Shown: positions 9,773 through 14,905 of the stretch, one piece after another
How positions within the stretch are numbered: position 1 is the first letter of the stretch
How the letters are laid out: each line of letters begins with the position of its first letter
DNA from: Ginkgo biloba
Taxonomy: Eukaryota > Plantae > Ginkgophyta
Direction of reading: 5' to 3'
DNA: 14,905 bases
Assembly: GCA_024626585.2 (NCBI GenBank)
Contig: JANKJI020000004.1
Location: 117,106,083-117,120,987 of the forward strand
Made by a program: the position numbers and the translations under genes
Notes under the pieces: model-generated
Database searches by the model: none
Told to the model about the DNA's origin: nothing
The model's input: only the letters and a program-made list of their open reading frames with translations

Positions 9773-9953
9773 TATGTCTTGAGGGATAATACAAGGATTG
9801 CAAGCAACAAAGATAAAACAACTTATGTTTTAGTTGCACGGAGGGAAGAGCAGCAACACTCCGAGAGCAATCTGTCATTACAAGCTATGACCAGTGCAGA
9901 GGCAGTTGAAGAAGATGATGGTGCATCTCTGAAAAGTATCCAAGAGCTGACAG
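9773..9953 (+). CDS. UPF3: Regulator of nonsense transcripts UPF3, internal exon (middle region)
   Basis: Branch point CTGAC, acceptor TTTGTAATCTGCAG and donor CAG|GTAGTA. Encodes YVLRDNTRIASNKDKTTYVLVARREEQQHSESNLSLQAMTSAEAVEEDDG..., matching the recalled plant UPF3 motif YVLRD..K..S.KDKSTYILVPKRDDQQ. Confidence 0.85.
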
Positions 9954-10204
9954 GTAGTAGTTGCGAGTTTAGATTCAATGTGTATGCATGATGTTTGCTT
10001 TTATTTACAGTGTATTTTCTCACAATGTTATAGTATCTATATACTACAAGGCTTTTTATGCCTATTTTACTCCAATGGGGATGCACTTCAGTTGGGTAAA
10101 ATCATAATGCAAACACGTGTGTCTCTCAATTCTGTTTTAGATACTACAATATTAAGTATATTATGCATGCGGTTCCAATTTGCACTTTCTGGTTATTTGA
10201 GGTA

Positions 10205-10990
10205 ACAAATTCTTAACATAGCCTAATGACAATTCTACTCCACTTTCAATTGATCCTTGTAAACAGGACCAAAGTTATAACATTAAAATAAAACATATGG
10301 TACAGGCCATCAAGCCTAACTCTGTCGTAATCACAGTCAAATGACATTAGAAATGGATACAATCATGATAGTTGTGACAATATCCTGTAGACTTCTACCA
10401 TTCCCGTGTCAGCTTTGCATTAGGGGAGGTTAAAAATCCTGGCAAGTGAATTTTCTGCTATGCCCTGCAAAGAATACTAACTGAAATATTTGCATGCATA
10501 GTGGGATGTGAAGACTACCTTTCTTTGCACAACACTGTTGTGGACTTAGCATAAGTTTCTAGAGAGGCACAGAGGGGCTTTGACCTTGGATGATAGGAGA
10601 TAGATCACTGGCAGGGATGCGGCAATTCTTAGCAAAACTTAATGGCAATTCTAGTCTGCTTTCAAATTCTTGTAAACAAAATGGAAGTTATATCATGGAA
10701 ACTAAACATATGGTACAAGACGTTAATCATGACTTCAAAATGACTGTAGGAATGGATACTGTCATGATATCATTGGCAATATCTTGTAGAATCCTCCCAT
10801 CCTAGTGCGATCTGTTGCATGAAGGGAGGGTACGAATCCTGGAAGGTGAATTTTCCTCCGTTCCCTGCAATGAAAAATTAGACTGAAATATTTCATGAAC
10901 AATGGCTGGGGATTTATCACAAGTCTCTATAGAGTCCTGGAGGGGACTTCAACCCTGGATGATAGGAGAGACTGAGAGAGCAGATCATAG
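10205..10990. repeat. Diverged head-to-tail tandem duplication, unit about 415 bp
   Basis: Collinear anchors: AATTCTTA 10208/10624, AAACATATGGTACA 10291/10704, ACTGAAATATTT 10480/10882, TGGATGATAGGAGA 10587/10956. Confidence 0.9.
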
Positions 10991-11125
10991 ACAACCCTGT
11001 TGGATCATGGAGTGAGACCCCACCAGCAACCCAAGCATAGATAATTCTTAAATGGAGCTTATCATTAGACAGGCCTTGGCTAACTTTATTGTGGCTGAGT
11101 GCTGCTGAATGTCCCATGCTTGTAG

Positions 11126-11202
11126 TACATTTGTTGTTCTATACAATCTTATTCTGTGCTGTTTTGTACTTAATTATACATTTGTTATTCTATACAATCT
11201 TA
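11126..11202. repeat. 26-bp direct repeat, 51-bp period
   Basis: TACATTTGTT(G/A)TTCTATACAATCTTA at 11126-11151 and 11177-11202. Confidence 0.85.
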
Positions 11203-11216
11203 ATCTTGATTATTAT

Positions 11217-11594
11217 CAGTGTTGCCGGGTTTGCGTCCCCAGATGGCAGGGGATCCGAGCCCGGGTACAGCACCTGAACCTGGGTATGGTACCGGGGAAT
11301 CAGGTATGGGTACTGGCTGTACCTTGGAACCGTACCCTCGTCCCTGCAGGGAAAGATGAACGTGCCCAACTCGGAATGCAAAAAAATAAAAAAAGAACAC
11401 ATATTTTTTATTTTTTTTCCCTCCTTTTATGGTTTAGTCCCTTTTCGGGTCTGTGCCACTTCGGACTTTCAGTCTTATTTGGAATCCGAATTTTTGTCTA
11501 ATTGTTGAGCACCCCGAAAATTGTTCTGTGCAAGGCAAGCCAGTGTAGGGACTTTTACATTCATATTCTCAACTAATATAACTTAAATTTTTAA
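11217..11594. mobile_element. Probable terminus of an hAT-type DNA transposon or MITE
   Basis: Abrupt AT-to-GC switch at CAGTGTTGCC (11217), an hAT-like terminal repeat start. GC-rich subterminal region with repeated GGTAC/GTACC motifs, then A/T runs. The other end is not seen (gap at 11595). Confidence 0.5.
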
Positions 11595-11878
11595 NNNNNN
11601 NNNNNNNNNNNNNNNNNNNNNNNNNNNNNNNNNNNNNNNNNNNNNNNNNNNNNNNNNNNNNNNNNNNNNNNNNNNNNNNNNNNNNNNNNNNNNNCAAAAT
11701 AACTTAATTATTTTTTCATTGTCTTTAAACCTCTCCATTGAAAGATAGAGCCATTCTTTATTTCTAATTTGGAAATTATTGTCTATTTTATGCTTGTTAA
11801 TCACTTATTTATGCAATGATTTGAATTCAAAAGTAAAATAAATTAGAAAAAAACATACATTGCAAAAAATGCATGTAC

Positions 11879-12102
11879 CGTCATATGGAATAGAAGCATG
11901 AGAAGTGATTTGCACAGCATTTGATAGCTTTATCCACAACCAAATATCAGAACCGAGCAACTTTGTTCTAATTCTAGCTTCTATAGGCCAAGCAGAATGT
12001 TCTCTTTCACAAACTCCAGCACACCAGCTTGGCAAGGGCACTGGGCTAAGTTTTTGTGTTCTTGAGGTTCTTGCAAAGCCATCCTGTGGCACTACAGACC
12101 TT
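11879..12102 (-). other. Antisense exon-like open frame within the UPF3 intron
   Basis: Acceptor TTTGACTTTCAG|AAG and donor ACG|GTACAT followed by a T-rich tract. 224 nt open: RSVVPQDGFARTSRTQKLSPVPLPSWCAGVCEREHSAWPIEARIRTKLLGSDIWLWIKLSNAVQITSHASIPYD. Protein not recognised. Confidence 0.4.
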
Positions 12103-12208
12103 CTGAAAGTCAAATATGAAGAGCAGTATGAACCGCTAACCAGCAAAAAGTACATGTGGGCAAAGCCATGCTTCTAGTCTCTTCAAATACAAGATTTTAA
12201 CCCTAAAG
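11987..12208 (+). other. Candidate stop-containing cassette exon in the UPF3 intron
   Basis: Branch point CTAAT, acceptor TCTAGCTTCTATAG|GC and consensus donor AAG|GTAAGC. 222 nt, with a single TAG (12175-12177) in the UPF3 reading frame. Confidence 0.35.
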
Positions 12209-13122
12209 GTAAGCACAAAAATGTACAGTAAAATTCACATTGGGACTCTCCAGGCAATTACCTAAGATGTCATGCAAAATCCTGCTGAAAATGGCTCACA
12301 TGCCATTCTGCTGGCCTGTCAAAGATAGACAGGAACTTCTTTCTTTGGCGCATGCTGTTGACCTATTGACGACTCAGGTACTAGACCAAAGCCATCAAAA
12401 GCNNNNNNNNNNGGTAGTGCTTCCTGCTGGAGGCAAGATCTCATCATTGGGATGAACAATATTTAATTTGAATTTGAAAATGATCATTGAAGATGAGGGT
12501 CATTGGTTGTTTTTCTTTGCATTTGTAAATCTCAGTTTTTTTCGTCTGCTTAATGCATGTGAATGCCTCTGTACCAGAAACGGGCTACTGCCCCACATTA
12601 TTTGCTGTTAAATAATATGTGATGCCGGAAATAGGTTTTTTAAGGATTGCGCAGGCATTTTGTAGGAGAGCAGAAAAATCTCCAGTATTTAGAGTGCAAG
12701 CGTTTTGAGAAAATGAATATCCGATGTTTGTGCATATTGATGTTTTTAATCTATGGATTTATTCGTGGAGCAGAACTGTGAGGCATATTTAAAGNNNNNN
12801 NNNNNNNNNNNNNNNNNNNNNNNNNNNNNNNNNNNNNNNNNNNNNNNNNNNNNNNNNNGTGAATATTTTCTTGTATGTTTTCTCTATTTAAGTTGTTTCC
12901 TATCATGAAGTTCAAGTTTTCCATGTTTCTTATGCAAAGTACATTCCCTATGCTTTTTGTGTTTGTGGGAACAATGCAAAATTGTGTCAACAAAGTTTTC
13001 TTGTTTGGCTAGTGTCTTTACTATTTTCTTTTTCTTTTGCTTGGGTATGATGATTGTAATTTTTGAAGTCATTGTGTATAATGTAGATTTTAGGCCATGC
13101 TAACATCAAAGAGTGTTTGCAG

Positions 13123-13223
13123 TTACTACGAGTGAAGTGACAGCAGCCGGAGGGGATGCACCTGGGGAAGTTGGGAAAAAAAAGATGTTGCTTTTGAAAG
13201 GCAAAGAAAAGGAGACTGCTAAT
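13123..13223 (+). CDS. UPF3: Regulator of nonsense transcripts UPF3, next internal exon
   Basis: Branch point GCTAAC, acceptor GTTTGCAG|TT and donor AAT|GTAAGT. Phase-1 join to exon 9773-9953 gives VTTSEVTAAGGDAPGEVGKKKMLLLKGKEKETAN, matching the recalled plant UPF3 motif GKKK.LLLKGKEREI. Confidence 0.88.
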
Positions 13224-13590
13224 GTAAGTCAATTGGAGGTATTCATTACAATTTTGTTGTGAAGATGATTTCATTGGAAGATTTACAAACATTTACAATA
13301 AAAGGCTGGGTGGGAATAAATCATACCCAGGTCACCCTGTGCCCACCAGACCTCAATGCATGAGGAAACCTTTCTAGTTCTGGGGGCCAAAATTGAACAC
13401 CATACAGGGATCTGAGATTAAGCATGTAGCCTTAGACATGCTAGCCGCTAGCCCAGTGAAACCATGGGACTCATGATCAGATGCTAAACAACATTGAAAT
13501 ATTGAAATTAAGCCCATAGAAAAATGGAATAATGTGCAAAAGTACAAGTCTGTCTGCAGGTAACCATTGCAATCAAGACACAGTACTCAC

Positions 13591-14520
13591 TCAAGTTCTG
13601 GTCAGGGGCCTTATTCCATGTTCAACCTCTTCATTTGGTGTGGGGCCACTGTGTCTCCAAGTTAAGGCTTCGCTTATGTGGCAGAGCAGGCTCTGGAGAC
13701 TTCCCTGTACTGCACCTTGGCCGTGGCATTGGGGAGATGAGGGGGGTAGCTCCCAAGCCACCAGCCATATGCGCTGCCCCATTGGACCTGCCATCTCCAT
13801 GGCAAACCTGCTCATAGCTCCTTTAACGATGTCTACAAAAGCTCAAAGGTGCCATGCATCTCCATTCTGTCTCCGAGCATGCCGGCTACTCCTGTGATTT
13901 GTGGGAGCAAGAACCTAAGGACAGCTTAGAGAGACACCTTCAGGAATAATAAACTCAATGTGCTGTACAAAGATTAAGTGCAGATCCCACAAAGTAGTGC
14001 TTGTCACTGCCTCTTCCATCTGTATGTCATAAACAATTCAGAGGCCACTCAATTGAGAAGCTTCCCTTGTCAAGCCAGGTAAACCCATTATTCATATATT
14101 GCAGACTGGAAGGGATGGTAATGGAGGGAACCGCATTATCTACCTTGGATCCCTTCTCTTTTGATTCATCAGCATCCTCATCGACTCTTCTATTTTTGCT
14201 GCTGCCATCCTTGGGTAGCTCCTCCTCCTCTACATAGATGCAGACCTCTGTAGACCTGCTTTTAAACAAGGGAGCGACACACTGAACTGGATTGAAGGCC
14301 CCGTTGCTCAGGTTTTTGACTTTGATATATTGTAGAACAAGAAATTGTGGTGGGTCGTCCATGTTTGTGACCTTTTGATCCTTCACTTTATCCTGCACCT
14401 GATGCACCAAACAGTGTCCTGGGGTGAAGGTTTTAGTTCAGCTGCAGCCATAGAGATCCTGGGGAGGGAAGAAACTGCCCCCTCTGCCTCCTCCCCAGCT
14501 CAGCATCCTTGCTCAGCCCT
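13591..14520 (-). pseudogene. Degenerate GC-richer coding-like segment of unknown origin (probably transposon accessory ORF)
   Basis: Near-continuous minus-strand frames (14410-14027, then IVYDIQMEEAVTSTTLWDLHLIFVQHIEF... down to 13591) with few stops and at least one frameshift. No recognisable domain. Confidence 0.3.
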
Positions 14521-14579
14521 CCTTTTGAGCAATAATTGAATATCACATAACTTGCATTCATTATGTCAAAGATGATGCA

Positions 14580-14905
14580 TGTAATGGGGTGACTAAGGTT
14601 ATCATGATATATGGGTAAAGACCCACATTAGTAAATAGGTTACATGTGAGGATCCGAAGGAAATGTCGTTCGAGGTGCCAACAAAATTTCCAGGAGAGGA
14701 ATGAGAGGTGGTTCTCTATGAACCAGAGATCCAAAAAGGATTAGAGAAGATCAAAGAGGATTCAGTCGAGGAGCTCGTACAAGGGATGGAAGAAGAGGAA
14801 CAAAAGGTTCCGTGTGATGAGGAGGCACCAACAAAGAAGTTATGCAAAGATATAGGGCATGATGAAGCTCTATGTGAAGAGATGAAGGAGCGCTTATATG
14901 AAGGA
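14580..14905 (+). mobile_element. Probable LTR-retrotransposon remnant with an acidic reading frame, running off the window
   Basis: Begins TGTAATGGGG (LTR-like start). Purine-rich frame from 14645: CEDPKEMSFEVPTKFPGEE*EVVLYEPEIQKGLEKIKEDSVEELVQGMEEEEQKVPCDEEAPTKK..., with an internal E.PTK repeat. Confidence 0.35.

Larger units (their letters stand above)
6081..12858. other. Assembly gaps (N runs)
   Basis: N runs at 6081-6180, 8061-8160, 9318-9335, 9562-9593, 11595-11694, 12403-12412 and 12795-12858. Confidence 0.99.

Noticed and set aside
11089-11501. Cluster of overlapping ORFs on both strands
   Set aside because: Explained by the GC-rich subterminal repeats and homopolymer runs of the transposon-like insert.
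13092-13122. Upstream TTTTAG acceptor for the second UPF3 exon
   Set aside because: Gives a stop (TGA) in the required phase; the 13122 acceptor restores the GKKKMLLLKGKE motif.

Overview
AT-rich plant nuclear DNA from a fragmented scaffold with seven N gaps, three of them exactly 100 N (placeholder size). A gymnosperm origin is inferred from the L1 ORF1 type and the large transposon-filled introns. No prokaryotic features were seen. Main contents: (1) a decayed + strand L1 LINE (~1050-3068) with a near-complete DUF4283/CCHC ORF1, only 44 codons of ORF2, then a 3' UTR and A tail, resembling an ORF1-only 'half-L1'; (2) the 3' part of an unidentified minus-strand multi-exon gene whose stop codon appears to be followed by further spliced exons; (3) two phase-compatible + strand exons of the nonsense-mediated decay (NMD) factor UPF3 (9773-9953 and 13123-13223); (4) LINE, LTR/Ty3-gypsy and possible DNA-transposon remnants, plus a diverged ~415-bp tandem duplication. 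The best leads are a candidate in-frame poison exon in the UPF3 intron, which overlaps an antisense exon-like ORF, and the half-L1. Protein identities come from recalled motifs, not database searches, and contig order across the gaps is not guaranteed.
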